DNA from: Trichoplax sp. H2
Lineage: Eukaryota
Length of the DNA: 64,000 nt
Direction: 5' to 3'
Assembly: GCA_003344405.1 (NCBI GenBank)
Contig: NOWV01000001.1
Coordinates: 124,001-188,000 of the forward strand
Position 1 is the stretch's first letter; each line of letters begins with the position of its first letter. Below, piece after piece: positions 52,601 through 64,000 of this stretch. The position numbers and the translations under genes were made by a program. The notes under the pieces are model-generated. The model had not been told where the DNA came from, did no database searches, and saw only the letters and a program-made list of their open reading frames with translations.

Positions 52601-55600
52601 TACTAGCACTTTTACAACTTTCAAAGCAACATATGAAGCTTAAAGCAGGATGCTTTCTATCCAATCAAATCCATTATTGTCACTACTTAATAAAAGTAAT
52701 TATGTAGAAATATAGGTTTGCCTATTTATCTGTTCCTTACTTTACAATTTTATCACTTGGAGTGCTGCCATCGGTAAAGAAAAGGTCCTTGTGATCAATA
52801 CCATTATTGGTGAATCGCTTAGCATCATATATTTTTTTGTTTAGTCGAATGACAAATGTAATATTATGCTTATGAAAGTAGGAAATGTAGGCTTCTGGGG
52901 CATGTAATGGATAGCCTACACAGGAGTAAAAAAAATCAAAGTGAGCTATAATCTTGATTTTGGATAATTAGCTACTGTTTTATTCTTTACCATTTTCTAC
53001 TGTTGTTTTATCATGAGGTCCGCTAAATGCTAAAAATTTTTCTAGCAAATAAAATAAAGTATTAGAAATTAAGATAGCTCTATCTTGTTAGATGGTAACC
53101 TTTAATTATTTTGTATACGCGTATATAGATTGTATAGATATAAATCGAAACCCAAAATGCTAAGAAATAAATTCATAACTTTTAAAGAGTAATCTATTCT
53201 AAACATACTTGGTATAATCCAATTAAAGTCGCCATTTTCCACTTTCTAAAATGTTAAATAATAAAATAATTTGCTTATAAGAGTATCATTGGAACTGTAT
53301 CGTATTTAAAGTAAAATTTGGTGATTTTCATGATTTCTTTAATTCAGAAATTGATCATGAAGAAAATAGTCAGGAATAAATCATAAAATTTACATTTAAA
53401 AAAATTCATTTGAATTACATCATGTTTAATAAAATAAAGTAAGAGAGGTGATTTAGTAATTTCTTTTAATTTAGAATTAATCATATACGAGGTAGTCATA
53501 CACAAATCATAAACGTTTACGTATTAGTATACTATTTGAACTATATCCTATTTAATCAAAGTATAGCAAGAGGAACAATTTATAGCATTTCTTCTAAAGT
53601 AGAATTAATCATATACGAGATAGTCTGGTGTGGAACCAAAACTGAATTGGCTATCTATGAATTCATTGGTACTATTTGTAAAGTCTTAAATAGTAATAAT
53701 TGCTTGCTAAGGCATTGCAGTGATATTTGTTCAATTTGGCAGTTCTAGGAGAATATTTGATGCCTTACTTCGTAATATTCGTATTCATCAACGTCGAAAG
53801 TGTCAAAGGAAACAAAACCATTGTCCATGCCCTAGAAGAAAGGCAATATCAAATATTAAAACATGATCTTAAGATAGAGTAGACAGCAATGTATTTAATA
53901 AAACTATAAGGAAGGAGAGCGGGTAGCAATCCTATTTACTCTATTCTACCTATGTGACTTCTGCTCTAGATTCTTTTTGAGCACTTATTTCTTACCTTTT
54001 TGAGAGCTTTAAGGCAATGCAAAATGGTTAAGTTGTAAGTAGATGGCCCATAAGAAGCGTCCCTAAATTCAATTGAAAAGAATAATTAGAGATATTCAAA
54101 TAAACTAATCATGACACATGGTAAAGTCAGTAAGGATTAGAAAATCAATCCTAATAGTGGTTAGTCGTTTAAGTTTATGAAGATGTTTCTTGGGGTTAGT
54201 TTACTGAAGAAAATTCATAACATCGTTAGATAGCATGCAATGTTTTCTTTCAAACGATCAGAATAGCTATTGTGATAGATGATGTTTCCAAGTTAAGGGT
54301 TAAAATAAGTGTTATAACTAGTCCAAGCTAATTGGGTGATTTGGTAACTAGGCTTAAAGTTTAAAATGATTGCCTTGCTAGCTCTGTTAGCCTCGAAAAC
54401 TCTAGTTACTAGTGAGCCTAGTTTATCAGACTACTTGTTTACTTTTGTAGAGATTTGGCTTATTATACCGATACGGAATACGTATTTTATGCTGAAACAA
54501 TTTCCCATCGGCGACATACTTATTCGATGTGTATATCAAGTGTAATAAAAGTAAGAAGGAATTTTAAAGCTAATAAATCTTGATTCAATATCATACGGTA
54601 CGTGTAGAAAGAGTGGTCTCTCAGGATATGATCAGCCCAAGAAATGTTCTATAGTTGCTATTGCTATCATTAAAAGGTTTATTTTTAGGTCTATTGTATC
54701 TCCTGGTTATGCCATCTACTAAATATGTCTTAGCATCTCAATGAAATCTTGCACTGGAAAATACTATAGTAAATCCGGTCGAAAATGGTAGGTTGTACAA
54801 GTCGTTGTGAGCAGTAAAAGGTTATAAACAAGCAAGAAAATGAGTTCGTTATCATACTACTTAAAACTAACAATCTTACCGGAATGGTAGGAATGGAGGT
54901 TTATTACCATTTGTTAAAATATGATAGGCATCGTCAGGTGATTTTCTTAAAGCAATAACCTAAAATTGAATTAACAAATTATTCCATAGTTGAGCTTTTA
55001 AGGTATAATGGAAATGAATAATAGAAACTATGGCAATGCTAATGATTGTGAGGCACTTTGGTAGAACCAAAAAACTGGACGGCAAAGTCAATGAACGAAA
55101 TTTATTTTGAAGGATTATCAGTGGATGGATAAATTGACATGATTCCATTCCTCTTCTTTGACTCTATTTCATCCATGCATGTAAGAAATTGTTTGGGATT
55201 ACTGTCTATCTGACTGCAGCAGACAGTGGATTGACTCTGGAAAGAAGAACGGTAGCGACCGAAATCGTTTCTATGAATACATAAGAGGGCTTAAAACAAC
55301 GCGTTACTATATTGCCAAATTACAAAATAACTTTGGTAAAGAATTCTGATGCATCCTTATTGCTTATTATTTAATTCAGTGATTATAAACTTGGAGAGTG
55401 TTATTTAGGAAGAGCTCCTTTCTCCTGTCATTGTCTTCGTAATGTGAAAGTGCAACGTTCATCATTTCTTAGGATTTTATTCAATTAGAAAGGATGATAT
55501 TAGGGAAATTTGTTTTAAGTAGCTTTATTGTGATCTCAATATCTATAAAAAGATTTCCTATAGACCCGTTTTCTAATTGGGTTATTCGAGAACCAACGTA

Positions 55601-58600
55601 AGAAACACTATCCTGTTACTTTAGCGTTGATTGACTGTTATTGTGATGTTTTTGACGACTTGTCTTTAAAATCTGTCGTCGGTTGGACTAGTCATAGGAT
55701 TCCCTACAGGCCCATTTTCTAATTGGATTATGTAAGAATCAACATAAGCTACAATAGATCCTGTTATTTTAGCATTGATTGACTGTAAATTGTGGTATTA
55801 TTAACGATTTCTCTTTGAGAGCTGTCGTCGACTTGACTAGTTATAAAATTCCTTGCAAACCTCTTTTTGTAATTGGATTACGCGAGAGCCACCATAAGCT
55901 ACAACATCCTATTACTTTAGCATTGATTGACTGTAAATCGCGATATTATTGACAAATTGTCTTTTAAGACCTGTCCTCGATTTGACTAGTAGTAGCATTC
56001 CTTACAGAACCATTTCTAATTGGATTATACGAGGACCACCATAAGCTACAACATTCTGCTACTTTAGCATTGATTAATTGTAATCGTAATATTATTAGTG
56101 ATTTCTTTTTTAAGATCTGTCGTTGATTTGACAAATGATATTACGTAAAAGCACCTTAAAATTCATTGAATAGAAAATAAGTCTATTCATCCTTAAAAAC
56201 TATCATGTCTTGAGGCCATTTGAATTGACCCTATTCCACTCCTTATGCATTTATTAAAGTGTTAGCTCCAAGCAGTAATATTATTAATTTCTTACACTAA
56301 ACTCTAAATTGATCCAGCCTAACCTTTATTCTATCATGAGATTGCAGCATTATATCGCTACCGACTCAATTATTGAACTGTAACTTTTTTTGTCTCAAGC
56401 TGGATAGTTACGACTCGTTTCACAGCTTTCACTGGACGGATTCAATCCATTTCTGATCCATCATTAGATTGCAAGGCTTTGAAGTCTTTTACGTTAACTG
56501 CGTTGATTTAACGATGCGCATTAAGTAGGAACCTTGATATTATCAATTCTATGAACGTTTGGCCTTTAAACGTAAATTTGATTTTGTCCATTTTTATATC
56601 TTATCCAAGGATTTGATTTCTTCTTGACTTCCTAAACATTTTACCTCTAGCTAGCATTTGTGTAATATAAAGTGCTCATAGATCACTTAATTTCAAAAGA
56701 TCATCATTTCTACTGTAGCTTTGGAGATATAAATTAAAGGAAGTGGAAATCGGGTAGAAAAGGCTAGTTTAGGTGATGCGACGTATTAAAAAACTTTTAT
56801 ACTTATGTAGCAGAATTAAATTAGAAAACAATGTGAAAATTCGGGTAGGATTGACTTGCGTAGGTGCTGAGAAGTATTTAAAAACTTCTTTACTTATGCA
56901 ACTTAGCTCAATGAGAAGGCACTCAGCTTTGAACTCTTTTCTTGTTAATTTAACAGCATAGTTTAGCCTGGTTATATTTTCAAAGCGGTGTGAAGTAGAC
57001 CTACAATCAGACGCTCGTATGAGGGAAGACAATCTTAAATGGTTTAAAACTTAGTATCTTTCGTCTAACCATAACCTCATGTAGTAACGGAATCTAATGT
57101 CTAGTTGAATGCAAAATACGGTTTTAATTCCAACAAAAAGCGATATTGCCTGTCTCTGCAAGTCTTTGCAAGCTAATACAGATTCAAAGAAGTCCTTAAC
57201 TAGTTTTAGTTCCATTATAAAGAATTCGCCACTTGAATTTGGTAAAGGATGATATTGCAAACTACAGCAGTTCTTCAAAAGCTATGACAAATTTTAAAAG
57301 AACTCTTAACTAGTTCTAGTTCCGTCATTAAGAATCCTCTATTTGAATTTGGTAAAAGACGATATTGTGAATTATAGCAGTTACTCAAAATCTACGATAA
57401 ATTTAAAAGAATTTCTAAACTAGTTCTAGTTCTGTTACAAAGAATTCGCTATTTGAATTTAGTAAAAGACGATATTGCAAATTACAGCAGTTATTCAAAG
57501 CTATGATAAATTTAAAAGAACTCTTAACTGGCTCTAGTTTCGTTATATAGAATCTTCTATTTGAATTTGGTAAAAAACGATATTGTAAATTACAGCAGTT
57601 CTTCAAACGCTACAACAGATATTAAAAAGGATTTCTTAACTAGTTCTAATTCCGTTATGAAGAATCCACTATTTGAATCGAGTAAAAATGATATCAGAAA
57701 TCATTACAGTTCTCCAGAACGACTACATATTCAAAAAAATACTTAACTAATCCTATTTCCGTGGCGAAAAATCGACTGTCTAAGATCAATTGGTAACTAT
57801 GAATAGGATACCCCATAGGTTGTCATGATAAACTTGTCTACTTTTACAAAAGTTCGTTCGATGTCATCGATTGAGTGCCGTCAAAACAGCAATAAATAAA
57901 AATTGAACCGTGATTTTATTTTAAAGGTACAGTTCTTAAATCGTGTTTAACAAATGGTTGAAAAGGAATTTTACGCCTCTTCTTTTAAGCTCAATAGACT
58001 AAGTGTTAGCCACTAAGCTTTATCGGGACGTGGTAAAATGATTAATTGTAGTACTAGCCAATGTTGAAGCGATCTAGATGAGTAAATTATGAAACTAAAC
58101 AAATGCTTGAAGATGTCTAATAATTGACATTCAATTTGAATTTTGAAGAGGGAAAACAGGGTTGAAATCATATTAATATAAACAACTATTTTAAAGTCAA
58201 TATTGTAGTTGATAAAATGTTGCTAGTCATGAATTAAAGAGTGCAAATCGTGTTAGATAGATAAATAATTACTGTATTGGGTACGATGCTGAAGTAAAAT
58301 TTAATTTGTGTCCAATTTTTTCATGTAGAAAAATGATAAAATACCAAATCAATGAAGAAAGGAGGGATTTCCAATCCGGATCAATCTGATCATGCGGTAT
58401 CATGATTTAAAACAACGAGAATGAGATAGATAGCTAGCGCAATCAAGTCTTGAAACCTAAGATACCGAAAATAATCTTTCGTTGACGTTTAAAATCAAAA
58501 TTTTAGGCGATATAGTAAGGAATGGCAGACGGAGGATGAATCACGATTGGAATAGTCATGAATGCTTAGGGGTGATTTTCAGATCGTTACAGTCAACGGA

Positions 58601-59660
58601 ACGGAGAAATCATCATAGACAACAACGGTATTAATATCGATTTAGAGATTAAGTCAATAGGGAAAAAATTAATAACTTGATGAAAGTGGTACAAATATCG
58701 AAGGGGCAAAAAACCAATTTTGACTCGTGTTGATTTCTTTCATGAGTCGATGAGAACAGAAGCAATGACAATCATTTAAAAATAAAGCCGATATTTGCAA
58801 ACAAGGACAAGCAAGTATACATGCATGATAGCATTGAGAAGATTTCATCCCGGATTAAAAGCTAAATCTGATATTATAGGATAATCGCATGCATTCAATA
58901 AATGAGAAGTAACTTACCGAATAAGCCGCAATTAAAAATGCAGCATTAGCACGTTTCTTGCTGTCGTAACTTGTATAATGAACAATTTTCTTCTTAGCCA
59001 GTGTTGGAGACTACAATGGTAGTAAAATCAACAAGAGACTTTATGATATAACATGATAATTTAGCCAGCATTTAAAGTTGTCAATAATTAGTTTTAGACA
59101 GGAAAAGAACTATTCAAGACTTTCAATACAAAGTAACACCAATTATACTATCCTTTAAATATCATATTTAATGATGGTAACAGCTATGATCAAGTTTCAG
59201 TCAAGAAACCGTAGTGGCATTTTATAATTTAAGAGTAGAAAGAGTTTCCTCTATTTTATTGGCATTACCTTCAATTTCTTATTTAGTTTGCAATAGTAGC
59301 GATATAGGACAGCCATATTGACTGGACCAAAGTCAGAATAGAAACTAAATAACGATATATCAGGATTAGAATCAGCTTAGTAGTATTAATTGAAAATGAC
59401 GATATTAAGAAATGCTTTTGCTAATGGATGCTCGAAAAGATGTTGATGTACTAACATATTAAATTAGGCTAACTATATTGGATCAGTAATCGAATATGAA
59501 ATAGACCGGTAGTGATCGATGAAAAGTGATGTAATTAACTTAACCACAAAGTCAATGCCATCGACTTACTTTTCATATTGAAATTCATGATCGATACTAA
59601 AATAGTGGACACCAGTGGAACTACGCGGTTTAGTTCGTAGTGTAACAAAATATAACCGAC
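49664..59660 (-). CDS. CDC14: CDC14 dual-specificity phosphatase (5' partial; 16 exons seen)
   Basis: Exons 59570-59660, 59269-59344, 58918-59010, 54880-54959, 53996-54062, 53769-53831, 53209-53245, 52991-53041, 52741-52915, 51745-51800, 51509-51596, 51387-51437, 51232-51293, 50897-51090, 49904-50160, 49664-49793 keep one frame. Motifs [41 protein letters not shown], catalytic [21 protein letters not shown] and [10 protein letters not shown]. No convincing ATG-containing first exon was found in 59.7-64 kb. Confidence 0.97.
55540..56130. repeat. Tandem repeat, ~4 copies of a ~148 bp unit, in a CDC14 intron
   Basis: Anchor AATTGG(G/A)TTA at 55575, 55721, 55871 and 56018, with shared ...TTTAGC.TTGATT.A.TGT...CTGTC.TCG..TTGACTAG blocks. 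Confidence 0.92.
57080..57770. repeat. Tandem repeat, ~6 copies of a ~110 bp unit, in a CDC14 intron
   Basis: Anchor GATAT at 57142, 57251, 57361, 57471, 57579 and 57690 within AAGAATCC.CTATTTGAATTTGGTAAAAGACGATATTG...AACTAGTTCTAGTTCC. Confidence 0.92.
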
Positions 59661-61692
59661 CTGAAATAGGCAGACGAATAGAAGAAATAGTTAAAAAGGA
59701 GTTACAAATAAAGAAATGATGATTCAACTTATTCATCACTAATAGCAAGAGCTTATTTTTCTTTTTTTCCATTAAACTGATTAATTCGATAAACTACAAG
59801 TTGATGACAATAACGTAAAGTAATCTCAGCCTAGTGATCCAATGGAGCTCTTTCAAGTGATCGATGATTGCCTTATAACAATCAACTTTACATTTTTTTT
59901 TCTTTTTACCTTTTATAAATTCACTCGCTTCGTTCAAGATTAAACTTTCACTCATCATGATTAAAAGTGATGATTAAAATATCATTAATAGAACCACCTT
60001 TTAATACGTATAAAACAATAATTGGTTGAATCGATTTGGATGTTTTTTATCCCTTTCAACTTGACGTTAGTTTCTACCAGTAAGAATTAGACCAATATTT
60101 CGCTAGATTAATGGATCCAGAGATGAAATACAAGCTTATATAAAAGAATATAAAATAAATGATGGATGAAATAATTCAACTAATGTAGAAATCACTCTAC
60201 TCAAGAAAGCGCTCCGAAAAGTAATGTCTACAACTATAATCGAAGTAAAAAAGATTAGTCTATATCGAATAGGAACAAGTGACTGTTCAAATGGATTATT
60301 CACGTCAACATGTAGATTAAAATGTGTTGCTTATTATACCGTAACTACTTAACTTGGAGGATGGTTTTTGATGATTGTAGTCTATCTACTTGATATTGTT
60401 TGTACTCAGGTTAATTATCTATTCTATTTTCATGATGATTTAATTCACATAATATTGCAGTCATGCTGTTCTAGTTCAACCTTATCCTTGTATAGATTGA
60501 CTGCATTTCTAATTTAGGTAATCAAACTTGTATCTATCTTTCAATGCAATCAATACTATTCAGTAAAGAAAAATAACAAATAATCGACGATAGAATAATA
60601 CAACAACGAGGTAAAATTTGGATTTGAATTGGCTTTAACAATAATGATTAGTTTTGGTTACTAACTGACGTTGCCAACCATGTGATCGGTTGTTAACCAA
60701 TAACAATAATTATCCCTCCAGGCAAGCTAACATCTTTATTGCCATCGATGGGTTTATTTTGACATGATATTAATACTAGTAGCCGTAAGATGATGAATGG
60801 AAATCAATAGAACATTTGCTTCAGGCCAACTACTCATGTTGTATCCAGTTGCTTGTTACAAATCAACTAATTATTATTCAATTAAAATCTCGAAAAAGTC
60901 TTCAAATTGTTTATTTGCTTGATCAATGATTGAAATCGCCATTTTTAAACAATCGATCGTCGACCAATTTCAATTATCTTGCTAATATTAGTTCGTATAT
61001 AAGCTAATTTGGATCTTATTTTAATCCGATGATTTTAGTTAATTTGTCTTGAGCTAGATCAATTCATCATAATCAATTGTTGTAGTGGAGAGAATTAACT
61101 GTTTAGTTTATATAATGATGATACTATCGACTACTGTCCTTCATCCGTTGAATAATATTTGGAATCAAAAATGAGCTAGACGGTGCCTCAAATAGTATTG
61201 GAAGTCTTGTCATAATTTTAAAATTATATTTACGTCTATACACACCTAGGGATACTAGCTGTACTAATGCTTATCCATAGATTATTATCCTCTCTAAAGT
61301 CAGCCTTCATTTCCTATTCTGATTCTATTATCGACTATTCATACCTGTAATTAAATTTTAAACCTTTTTGTGATTATTTTCCATTCTTTAGAAGCTGGTA
61401 ATTAATTATCAGTCTGATCGGTCATAATCACTTTACGTAAATATTATCCATCAATCCACTTGATTATTTATTTATTATCGTGGAAAGAAATATCATACAT
61501 AGTTGATAAACTGTAGTGATTTCAGCTAATTATAGCAGTACCATGAAGTAGGTAGGTAGTGCTGGAAAGTAAAATAGACAGTTACGCTTAATAAAGTAAT
61601 CGTGGAAGATGCCCAGTAAGAGCTTATAACCTCATTTACTGCTTTATCGTCGAGATTGGACTGTATCAAGCTCGCTCACGTATAATATTATG

Positions 61693-61931
61693 ATAACTAA
61701 ACGTCGTCACTAATGACTTAAGGTAGTTATTACATATAGCAGATGAAATTTAATAAAAGCGACTATGAATATTATACTATCAGATTCGTTGTGGTCTTAT
61801 TAGCTCGCTGATATTATGATAGTTAAATATCGCCACTAATAACGTACGGTAGTTGTTGCATATGGTAGATGAAATTTAATACAAGTGACTATGAGTATTA
61901 CATTATCAAATTTATTACGGTCTTACTAGCC
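61693..61931. repeat. Tandem duplication, 2 x ~126 bp
   Basis: CACTAAT.AC.TA.GGTAGTT.TT.CATAT...AGATGAAATTTAATA.AAG.GACTATGA.TATTA...GGTCTTA.TAGC occurs twice (~61695 and ~61820). Confidence 0.85.
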
Positions 61932-64000
61932 CATTTCTATGTAAGTATAATCACGAAAGTGTATTCTTGGTTACAATGTATAAAGCCTCATTAAAGCTAC
62001 TAAGGATAAGAAATACCAATTTTATGCGATCTGCTCTGTCCGCTCTTTGCAGCATTAATGTAGTAAAATGTTAGATTAATACTTAGCACTGTGCGATTCA
62101 ACTGAGATAATACTACGTAATTATTATCTAATCTATCTACAAACCTATCTATATGTATTTGATAAAAGAAATTTGGGGTGTATCATGATAAATAACGTAG
62201 AAGTTGATATCAAGTTAGAATTAATCAAATTCGTGATGGGTCTAGCATAACTATAGCATTGCTAATTGACTTTTAATGGAAAAATTTTACGATTTGTAAG
62301 AAATTCAATTCTTCCTAGCCCTTTGTATGCAGTGCTATAGAAAGGTGATCTCACTACTTTTATTATTGAATTTATGGAAATAAGTGGTGTTGACAGTTAT
62401 TGCATAAAGGTGGTTAAGGCAAATTGTGTAAATGTAGTTATGATACATTACACATAATTATAATACGTATATCGTAAAGGCTATGCGTACTTCTATTTAG
62501 TTCTTATTTTTGCCGATAAACTATTTTATAAGTAGCTGATTAATACTTGCAGATGGTTTCTTGCAGCTAATTTAATTCTTATCAAGCGCTATATCAGTAC
62601 AGAAATGCTGCATATTTTAACCTCTGATAATGTTTGACAATCACATTAGGAGTAAATATTCTAATTTTTCCATCCAGCTCAAAGCTATGCGTTCGGAGTG
62701 GGTTATTAGATCAATGTTGATGCAACTGATTGGCAGTTATCCCACTACAATATTTTAATTAGAATCGTGTTGCATTATTTTCTGCTTAAAAGTTCAGCAT
62801 GGTATGCTACAATAACTTAAAAATTATTCATGGCAGTATTCATAGTGTGTACAGTGGGTGCTGGTACTAAGTACGTCTCTAGACCACAAAATAACAGTTT
62901 ATCATGCAGTAATCGACTCAGTCTGTTTCATTCTAGTCGCATAATTGTATTCTATGTTCCTTTTTTAGCAGTGTAACTAGCATTTGCCAACGCACAGTAT
63001 AGTATAATGAAATCGATATTATAGATAACATATTAAATTAATATTTAAATTCAACTGAATTGTCAGGAATTGCTCATTGATTCACAGAGGAGGAAAAATC
63101 TTTTAATGAAAAGATTTCATTTAAGATAATAAACATATCCTGGTGACTAAAATAATCAATCGATCGCGGGATAGAAAAATTTAAAATATTTATCGGCATG
63201 TTTACATTTAATTATAGTAAAAATATCCGACGTTAAATTCTAATGTAGCTTGAGATAATGCCCTTAAAATTTTCATTAACTGATGTAATCATCGACATGC
63301 AATATATAAATAATAATAAAATACTGTAGTACAGCCTCAAAATTACATTCCTATACGATAATAAATCTACCTCATACATAGATATTTCTACTACATTTAT
63401 TACGCTAAGATTAGCTAACTATTTTAGGTTTGTTTATGAGTCAGTGATAAATTATACAGTAAAGTAAAAAGTGTCAATATATTACGCGAAGTCTAACGAG
63501 CGAGGGATCGACTAGTAATTTGGAACAATTGCATCATTTATCGTATCGGCCATTAGTAATTGAATGATCTTGTATCTACGATATTTATGTCGTACAAGGT
63601 GCCGGTATCCTCACTCAGGATTTTAATATTCGCTGATTAACTCAACTTTCGAGCATAAACTAAATTTAATAACCAATTCTCCTTATCAGTGAGTAGATCC
63701 AGCAATAGTTATTGGTGTTGAACCATATCTTTATTAGGGATTAAATACAGCGATAATCTGTTGTTAACACCATAATATTACTTTGTTATACGTGTACATG
63801 AACATGCATATGATTTCATTACCTAATGTCAAGTATTGTAAGATACGTTATCCATATTAATAGCAGTTTAAGCAGACTACAGTGGTATGAATACCTTTTT
63901 TTAAAACTACATTGTAGCCAGCTCTACGTAGTTGCAGTTTTTTTTTACCTCGTATTACAACTTAGAATGATATATATGGCAACTTTTATAACTACTGTAA

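Noticed and set aside
56965-57030. Weak tRNA-like string on the minus strand (GAGCGTCTGATTGTAGGTC...CACCGCTTTGAA)
   Set aside because: No proper A/B boxes or cloverleaf pairing.
57051-57746. ORFs MKNCC... (75, 63 and 61 aa)
   Set aside because: Translations of the 110-bp tandem repeat; the unit length is mostly not a multiple of three and frames are not maintained.
61340-63960. Candidate first exons of CDC14 (donor-like sites near 61345, 63822 and 63894)
   Set aside because: Each has an in-frame stop before any ATG in the required phase; the first exon probably lies beyond the window.

Overview
AT-rich, intron-containing eukaryotic DNA from an animal. The short GT-AG introns, compact layout and metazoan gene set resemble a placozoan (Trichoplax-like) genome; that assignment is inference. 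I reconstructed seven protein-coding genes by hand: CDC20 (-), an intronless bacterial-type GNAT acetyltransferase (+), a membrane-anchored GT-A/GT2-like glycosyltransferase (+), an intronless synaptobrevin/VAMP (+), HPF1 (-), a 14-exon LDL-receptor-family gene with LRP4-like sequence but a single beta-propeller (-), and CDC14 (-, first exon not found in the window). The window also holds several 110-270 bp tandem-repeat arrays, clusters of TACAG/CTGTA motifs near gene 5' ends, a tiny CATRGACTA-terminal palindromic element family, probable GPCR and discoidin-domain relics, and a ~17 kb stretch with no recognisable gene. The top candidates for novelty are: (1) an in-frame 28-codon hydrophobic tail anchor directly behind the CDC14 UGA stop (UGA-UUA-G), suggesting readthrough to a membrane-anchored phosphatase; (2) the horizontally acquired-looking GNAT next to CDC20; (3) the mini-LRP4-like receptor lacking NPxY but ending in a PDZ-binding motif.
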